Positions 1-9,500 of a DNA stretch of 14,229 nt are shown here, in pieces (position 1 is the first letter of the stretch; every line of letters starts with the position of its first letter). The notes under the pieces are model-generated. The model did no database searches and was not told the origin of the DNA. It saw only the letters and a list, made by a program, of their open reading frames with translations. The position numbers and the translations under genes are program-made. The DNA comes from Octopus sinensis (taxonomy: Eukaryota), in contig NW_021825860.1 in assembly GCF_006345805.1 (NCBI RefSeq), positions 1 to 14,229 on the forward strand, in the 5' to 3' direction.

Positions 1-366
1 AACAAGGGCACTCAGAGAGTACAAACCTCCGCCAAGGCAACACCAACGTCCTCTCAACGATTAGTTGGAGATGATTTTTAAAACGAGAATATCTGAAATA
101 ACCTCGACTGCTCTCACAAAAAAGAATACTAAAAATGATCCCAACCTCTCTCAAAATTAAAGTAAAAAACAGGAAAAATAATCCAGAATCCTTGTCCTGT
201 ACTGAATCGACCCCAAAATCTAATCAGCTCGTGCCGGTCACAAGGCCAAACATCTCTGAGAGTTTCATCCGAATCCATTCGGCAGTTCTTGAGATATCTT
301 GTCCACGGTCAAACAAAGAAACACGACTGAAAACAATACCTCCGCCTTCGCTAAGGCGGAGGTAAT
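1..366 (-). mobile_element. Non-autonomous Helentron-associated element (HINE / DINE-1-like)
   Basis: Perfect 12-bp palindrome TACCTCCGCCTT-cgct-AAGGCGGAGGTA at 337-364. The subterminal repeat ACCTCCGCC at 25-33 is inverted relative to GGCGGAGGT at 355-363. A small stem-loop GCACTC-aga-GAGTAC at 8-22 lies just outside it. This subTIR + adjacent inverted repeat + 3' stem-loop layout is the known DINE-1/HINE architecture. The 3' end abuts the window edge. Confidence 0.75.
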
Positions 367-429
367 GAACAGCTGATTATTCGTCGTCGAAACTAACGGA
401 GATCCACTTCGTGTTATCATTGTCTCTAG

Positions 430-666
430 TTATGTATTTATTGCATGTATGTCTCTACGTTTTATGTATGTGTAGTTACAAAATAATGCATTTATCTATG
501 CGATATGTATGTGTTTCATCATCGTTTATGTATGTGAGTATATATAAATATACATGTGTGTGTGTATATATAAATATACATGTGTGTGTGTATGTCTGTG
601 TGTATGTTTGTGTGCGTGTATCTATTTTACGTTTGCATGCATGTATCTATATATATATATATATAC
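430..666. repeat. Degenerate (TG)/(TA)/(TATG) microsatellite tract
   Basis: Direct reading; explains ORFs 411..749 and 580..789 (YI/VC-rich). Confidence 0.9.
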
Positions 667-749
667 TTCCACATATATTTTCGTCGTTGGACGATAAGGA
701 TGCACTTCTTTGCTTGCCTGAGTTATCTGCCCCTGCAATTTGGGTATAA

Positions 750-855
750 GCAGCTGAGTATTCCGCAGTCAAGTGTACCATTCATTTAATTCTCCGAAAG
801 AATCAGCGTAACACAATTTGTGACAAAGCTGTACCTTTTGAATTCGAGGCACAAT
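750..855 (-). mobile_element. Possible old SINE 3'-region fragment
   Basis: Resembles, from memory only, a frequent cephalopod interspersed repeat (GCTGAGTA..CAGCGT.ACACA..TGTGACAA.GCTG). No second copy in the window to confirm it. Confidence 0.35.
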
Positions 856-868
856 CTATTCCAAAGGC

Positions 869-975
869 TTCAGTACATTTTCCATCTACCCAGTTTCACC
901 CACAATGTATAACTCCATCTGCAGCTATAGAAAATAACATTTGCCTAACTGCCCTGCTGTGGGATCGAACTCTTG
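869..975 (-). mobile_element. Decayed tRNA-derived SINE, same family as 9846-10008
   Basis: Aligns in reverse complement to 9896-9993: exact TTTCCATCTACC, ATTTGCCTAA vs ACTTGCCCAA, and GTGGGATCGAAC vs GTGGAACTGAAC (B-box region). Confidence 0.7.
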
Positions 976-1112
976 ATTACGTAGATACGAAGAGAACCTC
1001 TTTGCCATTTGGCAATACAATGCCTGTGTATGTATGTATAAATATGCATATGCATATATACCTATATATGTATGTATACACATGTATGCAAATATATACG
1101 TATATGCGTATA

Positions 1113-1170
1113 TTCTTTTACTCTTTTACTCGTTTCAGCCATGCGGCTGCGATCATGCTGGAGCACCACC
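1113..1170 (-). mobile_element. 5'-truncated retroposon 3' end with tandem 8-mer tail
   Basis: GTTTCAGCC...CATGCTGGAGCAC resembles 3164-3198. On the minus strand it ends in (AGTAAAAG)2. Confidence 0.6.
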
Positions 1171-1272
1171 AAGTTCTTTCTGATTTCTTCAGTCTGAGGT
1201 GTCTCACATAAAATACTCCTGTATGAACCATTATCCCAGGTGTTAGCCCAGTTGGTGTATAAAGGAGGATAT

Positions 1273-1371
1273 GCACACACACACACGCACACGCACATAC
1301 ACACATACATACATATATATGTGTGTGTATATAAATACATACATATATATATATACATATATAAACATATG

Positions 1372-1403
<32 letters not shown>

Positions 1404-1456
1404 AATGAAAGAATGGAGTCGAACGACGATAAACATTGGATAATTCATTCACCTAC

Positions 1457-1498
<42 letters not shown>

Positions 1499-1734
1499 CA
1501 CCATACGTACATATGTATATATATATTTGCATATATACATATACACACATATATATACATGCACATATAAATATACACATACATATAATATATATATGTA
1601 TGCATACACATACACACACACACCCACTCATATATATATACATATAAACAATACGTACTTAAAACAAAAACATATTCTATATTGGAAAATGTGTCAAATC
1701 CTTGGTACTGGGAAGTCATTCTTATCCTTTTCCA

Positions 1735-1779
<45 letters not shown>

Positions 1780-1782
1780 ATA
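1273..1782. repeat. (CA)n/(TA)n compound microsatellites with short unique spacers
   Basis: Direct reading; near-pure (TA)n at about 1463-1492 and 1741-1782. Confidence 0.9.
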
Positions 1783-1906
1783 GAAAATAGTAGAGTGAAA
1801 AAACGACAGAAGGCTTGAATGTTAAAATATATATGCGTCAATATGTCTGAAGAATATTAGAAAATTTTTTAAACAAATTTTTTTCCCTTATAATGACATA
1901 AATTAA

Positions 1907-1945
1907 AAGAAATACCGGTTTCGCGCGTAGCTTTTCAAATTTCTT
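1907..1945 (-). ncRNA. Candidate minimal type I hammerhead ribozyme (Penelope-type), U3-A8 core variant
   Basis: Minus strand reads AAGAAA-U-UUGAAAA-GC(UACGC)GC-GAAAC-CG-GUA-UUUCUU. It has a 6-bp stem I, a 2-bp stem II closed by G10.1-C11.1, GAAA, a palindromic stem III (ACCGGU) and a GUA cleavage triplet. Caveats: one extra U before the core and a very short stem II. Confidence 0.45.
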
Positions 1946-1951
1946 GTGACG

Positions 1952-1952
<1 letters not shown>

Positions 1953-1991
<39 letters not shown>

Positions 1992-1994
1992 GTG

Positions 1995-2037
<43 letters not shown>

Positions 2038-2046
2038 ATATATATG
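1953..2046. repeat. (TA)n microsatellite
   Basis: Direct reading. Confidence 0.95.
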
Positions 2047-2639
2047 CGATGTGGTGTGGTGTTAACGTATCTATAGTATGTGCAGTATATACGTATCTAA
2101 TTATCTGTGTATGCTTTCCATTTTTGTTCGCCATAACCAGACGGGTTTCAATACGTCACATCGTACCGTAAAAACAAGGAGTGTGTGATGTCTTCGGACG
2201 AGCAAATCAACCCAGAACTACAGCATGTATATAGTAATATTTCCCTTATTTCTAGTATGAATCAACCGCGAACAAACAAACACACTCGCAGATATCTGCT
2301 TATGCACACCCGTCTAAAAAATACAGAGCTAAACGCATGAATATTATTAAGAGATTTATTAATATTGAGAAGTGAATTTCGTATTTGGCCAGTCATAGAT
2401 ATTTCCCCAGGTCCATTAGAAATACTGCACACACACGACAGGCTGAGCGTAGATTTATCTCTCACATAAAACTCTGCCGTAATTCCTATCAAATTATCAA
2501 TCTATAGATCAATAAACTATTGAATAATGAAATTATTTAGCCATGAATGTAAGCCACAAGTGAATCAATCATATCTGGAGTTGTATATATCTAATTACAC
2601 TAAGCAACTTTCGCTGATTTAATGTCGCTGGTAAATACC

Positions 2640-2921
2640 GTTTGTGTGTGTTTATGTGAGAGTGTACGTGTAAATGTGTGTACGCGAGCGTGTATATCTG
2701 AATGTATATATATATGCGTATTTCATGCATATAAATGTATATAAGTGTATAAGCATGCATGTATATATTATGTGTATGTATATATGATATATGATGTGTG
2801 TGTGTGTATTATAAGTAGTTATGTATGTATAACTCCTTATTTATCCATCTATCTTTATATCCATCTCCGTGTGTGCATGTGTGTATATACATTTATGTAT
2901 ATATTTGTATCTCTGTATATA

Positions 2922-2985
<64 letters not shown>

Positions 2986-3137
2986 TATATATATGTATAT
3001 ATACATACACATATTTAGATATATATATTTGTGTGTGTGTATATATACATATATATATATATACACACATACACACACACAGACACACATACACACACAC
3101 TCACACACATACACATATATATAACTCATACATATAT
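2640..3137. repeat. Compound (TG)/(TA)/(CA) microsatellite tract
   Basis: Direct reading; explains ORFs 2745..3143, 2825..3124 and 2855..3100. Confidence 0.9.
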
Positions 3138-3198
3138 CCTTAAATCCTTAAATACTTAAAAATGTTTTAGCCCGAAGACCGTGGCCATGCTGGGGCAC
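3138..3198 (-). mobile_element. 5'-truncated retroposon 3' end with tandem 8-mer tail
   Basis: GTTTTAGCCC...CATGCTGGGGCAC is similar to 1132-1166. It is preceded on + by TCCTTAAA-TCCTTAAA-TACTTAAA, which is a tandem tail on the minus strand. Confidence 0.55.
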
Positions 3199-3576
3199 AC
3201 ATATTTAAACAAAGATTTGCTTAAAAATTATGAACTATTCGAGAAAATTCTTAGAAAAACAAAAACAAAAATGGAACCCTCTGGAATGAAGTTTTTGCAT
3301 CTTGTGTCAGCAATTTCGTTGTTCAACCTTTAAAACACACGGACCGAGTCATCCGTTTAGAGGAATTCCTTGATTTTAGTACAGGGTGTTGAATATTTTC
3401 GGTTTAGTTTCTAGTTTTGCTTCTTTTCTTCGAATATGAGATGTGGTTTCTAGGATTATGGGTGACTGCAAAAGAGATATCTATATTTGTGCTTTTGCTT
3501 TCACCCAGATTGTCCTAATCCCCTTAAGACAGAGATTAGGATATACACATATATTTGCATGTATATATGTTTTTTA

Positions 3577-3916
3577 GGGAATGCTCATGGCTCAGTGGTT
3601 AGAGCGTCGAGCTTGCGACCGTGAGATTGTGAGTTCGAATCCCGGATCGGGCTGCGTCTTGTGTTCTTGAGCAAGACACTTTATTTCACATTGCTCCAGT
3701 TCACTCATCTGTAGAAGTGAGTTGTGATGTCACTGGTGCCAAGCTATATCGACCCCTTTGCCTTTCCCTTGGATAACATTAGTGGCGTGGAGAGGGAATG
3801 CTGGTATGCACGGTCGACTGCTGGCCTTCCGCAAACAACTTTGCCCGGACTTGTGCCTCAGAGGGTAACTTTCTAGGTGCAATCCCATGGTCAGTATCGT
3901 GACCGAATGGGGTCTC
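3577..3916 (+). mobile_element. Near full-length tRNA-derived CORE-like SINE
   Basis: Pol III A box TGGCTCAGTGG (3588-3598) and B box GTTCGAATCC (3633-3642). 3660-3722 (TGTGTTCTTGAGCAAGACACTT...CAGTTCACTCATCTGTAGAA) resembles the recalled MIR CORE motif (TGTGACCTTGGGCAAGTTACTT...CAGTTTCCTCATCTGTAAAA). 3' stem-loop CCCAT-GGTCA...TGACC-ga-ATGGG at 3884-3911. Confidence 0.85.
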
Positions 3917-4939
3917 CGCATATATTTTTCTTTGAGGTGGAAAGGAAGACTGGAAGGAAGGAAATAAGGAAAGAAAAATGGTAGAAAATGTGGGAAGGAA
4001 ATTAAAGGCAAATATTTAAAGGTGAAAGCAGAGAATGAGATTCTACTCAACATAATCTAATCCAGAAGCTAATAAATTGACAAGATTTTTTTAGTTAACA
4101 GGGTTACTGGTCGAAAGACTACACCAGTAATCTGAAATCGACTTCAAATTACCCTCCTGGGGTATACTGAAGCCGATTTCAAAATACCCCTGCACTATTC
4201 ACACGATACTCTTTTTGATTATCCTAAAATGATGAATTCAAACGTTAACAACTCACAAAATATCGAGAAAATATTGGATTTTTAAGCATCCTCTAACATT
4301 TATATCATGCTTTTTATTAAGAGGGGAAAAAACTAGAACTTCTGCGATTCCGAGCCTGCATTTTTTTAAAAAAGGAGAATTTCTTTCTTTTTTTTTTTGA
4401 TGGGAATGTGATTTGTATAAATACACATACTTAATAAGATCAACAACATATATTCTTATATACAAAATGAAATGTATTAAAACACTTTAAATTCGAAAGA
4501 AATATATCTATTGTAGAAAACAAAATGTACAATATGTATTTATACACAAAGACACACGTACCTAACACATACATTCACACACAAAATACCTTGATGTAAC
4601 CCCTTATCTCCCTAGAGATGAAACTCTCTAGTTTAAAATTTGAAATAGTAAGAATTTGGGGTATGAAAACTGTAAAAGTCATGCCTATAATAATAATTGT
4701 TGTGTTGGAAATAGTAAGTAAAGATAGAGAGAAATAGCCGAAGGAGGTTGGACTAGAATACCCTGTAGATCTCCTACACAAAGTTTGTCTCTTAGGGACA
4801 GCAAGGACTATCAGGCGGGTTCTAAGCACTTGAAAGACAACTGAAAACTTGTGGATACCTAAGGTTACAGGGAGTAACCCGATTCTCACACCAGGAATAT
4901 GACCAAACCTGAGCGTGTAGGTGTATGTTCTGCATATGT

Positions 4940-5945
4940 TTTACATATATGTTTTATGTTTTACATATTCTGCATGAAGTGTGCTGTTTATTACTTTTTG
5001 GTGGGGGTTCGTGCATCGTTATTTTGCACGTGTGTCCTTGTATACGTGCACAACCAAGTGTTTGCATCTATTCAGATAAAGCCCGCCAGAGGAGAATCTT
5101 TGGAACGTCTCACATATCATCACTGTGCCACAAACAGATTGGATTTGGATTATGTGCGTCAGCAAGCGTCTATTTAGGTAGGTCAGTGCAACTTCCTTTG
5201 GGTCACGTGAGGTACTTGCATACTCAAAGCATCTGCCCAAGAGTATTTTTCTATACTCTGAAGATGTTGCACGCACTTTTGAATATGTCTAAACTGTACT
5301 CATTTCCTCCTTTATCGTTCGGCAGGTATTGTCTGAGTGATACAATGTAACAGTTCAAGGGTCTTTGGCCTTATTCATCAGTCACCATTTCTTCGTCTCA
5401 CATAGATTTCACGGTGTTACTGTAAATGTGGAAGTTGCTGGTGAGTGTCAGTATCTTTCTAGTTTTAATGTCCAGGATGCGGATCTCATCAAGTGACCAG
5501 TCTTATAACCCAAATGTTGATATCATCACTAGCACTGCAAAAGATTTATGAGATACGACTTTATTAAATACAGTCACATCTCCGGAGTCTGTTGAAGTGT
5601 TCTTTTCTTACTCTAACGTCACTCACAGCATCGACGCATACAACATTTTCATCAATTCCGAGATACTTACAGCATTCACCACATCAAAGATAGTAGAGAT
5701 AAACAAGCAATTGAGCTTCATGTTCTCTCTCTCTCTCGTCAACAATCATTCTTCTATTGACCATCATGTTTGACCATTTGTCTTGACCAAACTCCATTCC
5801 TGTGTGCCGTAAGAATGTGTTGTGACATGTTCTAATTATGTTTTGAAGTTCTTATATCTGGCCAAAACAGAACTTTAGGCCATCGACAAAAAATATGAGA
5901 GTGATATTATTTTTATTCCTTTCTGCAAACCTGTGTAGCCCCACA
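4940..5945 (-). mobile_element. Decayed non-LTR retrotransposon RT fragment, R4/Dong-like (R2 group)
   Basis: Manual minus-strand translation gives motifs in the expected order across frameshifts and stops: ITLIFFVDGLK (5873-5905; cf. HLFFxDDLK), GMEFGQDKW (5774-5800), KYLGIDEN (5645-5668), DWSLDEIRILDIKTRKILT (5446-5502), YVRRRNG, then CRICK (4960-4974; start of the CCHC knuckle). Confidence 0.85.
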
Positions 5946-6061
5946 TGTATATTTGTATGTATGTATTATGTATGTATGTATGTATGTATGTATGTATGTA
6001 TGTATGTATGTATGTATGTATGATGTATGTATTTTATATGTATGATATATATATAGATATA

Positions 6062-6099
<38 letters not shown>

Positions 6100-6302
6100 T
6101 ATATATTATATAATATATATATTAAAAAGTGAAAAGCCCTTGTGTTATTTAAAACCAACAGCCATTCATACGCATTGAGTTTGTTTTTTAACTGCTCTTC
6201 TCCTCCTTCTCTCTCTCTCTATATATAACATATATATATCACACCACACATATATATATATATATATAAATGTATATATATATATATATAATATATATAT
6301 AT

Positions 6303-6373
<71 letters not shown>

Positions 6374-6445
6374 CTTTATCTATATATATTTATACATGCA
6401 CAAACACACACATGTATATATAAGTATATATATACATATATGCGT
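5946..6445. repeat. (TATG)n and (TA)n microsatellites
   Basis: Direct reading; (TATG)n at about 5967-6021, with a short unique spacer at about 6125-6210. Confidence 0.95.
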
Positions 6446-6612
6446 GTGTTAAAGAGTGCAGCTGGCAACGGATGATACAGTCGTACAAGAACAATTAGAA
6501 TACACCTACGTAAACCCAAACATGCACCAACGCTCACACACACGCACACATGAATGACTGTATCTCTATGCGTATGCGTATGGTTTCATCCGTCTATATG
6601 GCTTCTGCTTAC

Positions 6613-6717
6613 GTGGTCGTATCGATCGGATTATGATTGTAGTCCAATATCAAGGTACTTTCCCAATCATTATGTTTGTCTATCGATCTGTTTGTCTTAG
6701 AAATAAATCCTTCACTT
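6613..6717 (-). CDS. Possible isolated 105-nt internal exon (unverified)
   Basis: Minus-strand acceptor TCTATTTCTTGCACTCTAG| and donor CAC|GTAAGC. Length is divisible by 3, with one open frame [33 protein letters not shown]. No recognisable homology. Confidence 0.2.
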
Positions 6718-6749
6718 CTAGAGTGCAAGAAATAGATCTTTCTACATAA

Positions 6750-6778
6750 TACACACATACATACATACATACACACAG

Positions 6779-6829
<51 letters not shown>

Positions 6830-7037
6830 TATATTTATATATATATATACATATATATATACATATGTACATATATATATATACATATATACATATATAT
6901 ATGTATCTATGTATGTGTATGTGTATATACATATATATGCACACGTATATTTAGATATCTATATACACATACATATATACATATATATGTACATATATAC
7001 ATACACACACATATATATATATAATACACAGGCACAT

Positions 7038-7069
<32 letters not shown>

Positions 7070-7074
7070 GTATA

Positions 7075-7118
<44 letters not shown>

Positions 7119-7185
7119 ATATATATATATGTACATATATGTATATGTTCACACACATGTGTGTATGTATGTATTATTATATATC
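6750..7185. repeat. (CA)n/(TA)n compound microsatellite
   Basis: Direct reading. Confidence 0.95.
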
Positions 7186-7496
7186 GATCGTGATCTCAAT
7201 ATTCAGTTTTATTACTGTCATAAGATATGTTGTAGAATAATTTGACGCTTAGTTTCGTCCACATATCTCTTGTACAAAGGGAAATATTCGATCTTTGGTC
7301 AACAAAAACGCTAGACAAATATGGGATCAACACGTTCACTCCAAATATATACACCCAATAACCTTAAGTGCTTTCACGTTTCCGGATATTCCACGCTTAT
7401 CTTTCCACTATTATATTCTAATCGACATTTTTTTTTCCTTTTTTTTCTGTAAAAATTCCCTTGTGAACTTCGCGTGTTCTGGTCCTCCTTAAAAAC

Positions 7497-7797
7497 GCAT
7501 ACACACATATATAAATTCACAATGTTCATTCATACATATATGCTTACATATAGTCCCACGTATATACATACATATATATACATGTATGTATATGTATATA
7601 TACATATATATATATTTGCACATATATATATATAGATGTACATAATATATATGTATTCATATATATATACCTGTATACTATCAAACTTTCGCACATTCAC
7701 GTATATAGACGTTTGTATGTATGGATGTATATCTGTACATAATCACATATGTATGTGAGTATGTTTGTATGTGTGTGTGTGTGTGTAGGTAGGTAGG
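7497..7797. repeat. Degenerate (TA)/(TG) microsatellite tract
   Basis: Direct reading. Confidence 0.85.
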
Positions 7798-7945
7798 TTG
7801 CTATGAATTGGCGAACGTTTGTTTTTACAACAAGTGAAAATAAATTCCATGCATATATAATAGGCTTTTGTACGTTTTGTAACTGAGGATTCCTTGCTCG
7901 GCAACGCGAAAGTCGGTGTTACGATCGAAAACTTTCATCTTGAAG

Positions 7946-7946
<1 letters not shown>

Positions 7947-8002
<56 letters not shown>

Positions 8003-8023
8003 AAATAATAATAATAATAATAA
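7947..8023. repeat. (CTA)n-(CCA)n-(AAT)n trinucleotide array
   Basis: Direct reading; source of the poly-L/P/I run in ORF 7894..8232. Confidence 0.95.
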
Positions 8024-8622
8024 GTCATGCTCAACTGATTAAGGTCAAACAACTGACAAACAAATCTGTGGTATTGAACAGTACATTTGCTATAGCACAT
8101 ATTTTATACGAAGACAAATTGAGCAGAATGTATGCTGTAGCCAATTTGTCTTGGTATAAAAGATGGGCTACAGCAAATATTCTGCTCAGTTCCACAGATT
8201 TGTTTGTCAGTTGTTTGACCTTAACCAGTTGAGTATGTCCCTTAGTGGCTGACGATATGTGCATCTCTGATCAAGAGCAGAAGAAGTGGGGGAGCATCAT
8301 AGCCATGTGTTGAGAGGGATTCTTTGGGGTTTGGATGATTCACCTTTGGAAACATGGGTGTTTTGTTAAACATCCTTAAACAACCTTTAGTTCGGGACCT
8401 TTTGAGCGGGTTGGGCTACTCAACCAGAAGAAATTTCTAACTGGGCCCCACCTGCAAGGTCATGTGCAGTTTATCTTGTTATGAGATCTCTATGTCCCGC
8501 ACACATGGTTGTGATGCATGTGCCTGGTGTACCCTTATCAGACGGGTATTCATGATGGGTATACTGGGCTTCGTATATTTTATCCCAGTGTTACTTTGAT
8601 GGCATGAACTGCTCTCTCACTC
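8024..8622. mobile_element. Non-coding interspersed element embedded in (TAA)n, with a 96-bp inverted duplication at its left end
   Basis: Complex sequence bounded by (AAT)n on both sides (8004-8023 and from 8623). Arms 8026-8121 and 8142-8237 are reverse complements (85/96 matches by hand count). The body resembles a recalled common octopus repeat. Confidence 0.7.
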
Positions 8623-8665
8623 AATAATAATAATAATGATAATAATAAAAATAAAAAAAAAATAA

Positions 8666-8699
<34 letters not shown>

Positions 8700-8925
8700 T
8701 TAATAATAATAATAAGGATAATAACAACAACAATAATAACAATAATAATAATATTAATAATGATAAAAAATAATGACAATAATCATGATAATGATAATGA
8801 TAATAATAACAACAACAATAATAATAATAATAATAACAACAACAATAACAATAATAATAACAATAATAATAATAATAATAATAATAATGATAATAATAAT
8901 AATTATTATAATGATAATGATGGTG

Positions 8926-9000
<75 letters not shown>

Positions 9001-9025
9001 CAACAACAACAATAATAATAATAAT
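8623..9025. repeat. (AAT)n array with AAC/GAT variants
   Basis: Direct reading; explains the poly-N/I/L/Y ORFs. Confidence 0.97.
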
Positions 9026-9029
9026 ATCT

Positions 9030-9500
9030 TCCACAACCAGTATGGCAACCAGCACGACGAATACCACAACCACCATGATCCCATAAGTACACCCTCCCTC
9101 AGTTTTATCCACTAATATTGCCACCATCATAACCACCACTATCACCGCCACCGCCACCATGACTAAACTACTCTCCACTACCCCATAATTATTAATACTA
9201 ATGCCATTACTACCATCACAACCACCGTTACCTCTGTCACTATTACCACAACTACCACCACCAACACAACTACTAGCAGCACCATTTCCACCACCACCAC
9301 CACTAGCCACAACAAGAACAACATTGGCACCACCACTAGTACCATCATCACCACAGCGACTACTAGCACCATTGTCAAAACTACCAATACAACCACTATC
9401 GATATGATCCCTCCTCCATTACCAGCCCTGCTATCACAATTACTTTCATAACTACTACCAGCATCACCTAAGCTACTGTTACTATCATCAGACGCCATCA
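9030..9500. repeat. Highly degenerate (CCA/CTA/CAT)n low-complexity tract
   Basis: ACC/ACT/ATC triplet periodicity with G depletion on +; explains the Gly/Val- and Pro/Leu-rich ORFs. Confidence 0.8.

Noticed and set aside
135-365. 76-aa ORF
   Set aside because: It lies wholly within the non-autonomous Helentron-like element and has no recognisable motif.
1216-1267. Imperfect inverted repeat (12/15)
   Set aside because: Short, with a 22-nt loop; expected by chance in a window this size.
3300-3485. Minus-strand peptide ISFAVTHNPRN...KLLT reminiscent of a Penelope linker region
   Set aside because: Two short matches separated by stops or frameshifts are insufficient without a translated search.
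3577-3655. tRNA gene
   Set aside because: A and B boxes are present, but there is no convincing acceptor stem and the sequence runs on into a CORE-like body; it is a SINE head.
5341-5390. CTGATGA-AAGG..CCTT-GAAC on the minus strand resembling a hammerhead
   Set aside because: It lacks a proper GAAA and stem III, and lies inside the RT-coding region of the LINE fossil, so it is probably coincidental.
8026-8237. MITE with 96-bp TIRs or a miRNA precursor
   Set aside because: The right arm appears continuous with the longer element body, and the spacer is a third copy of arm sequence, so a fold-back duplication fits better.
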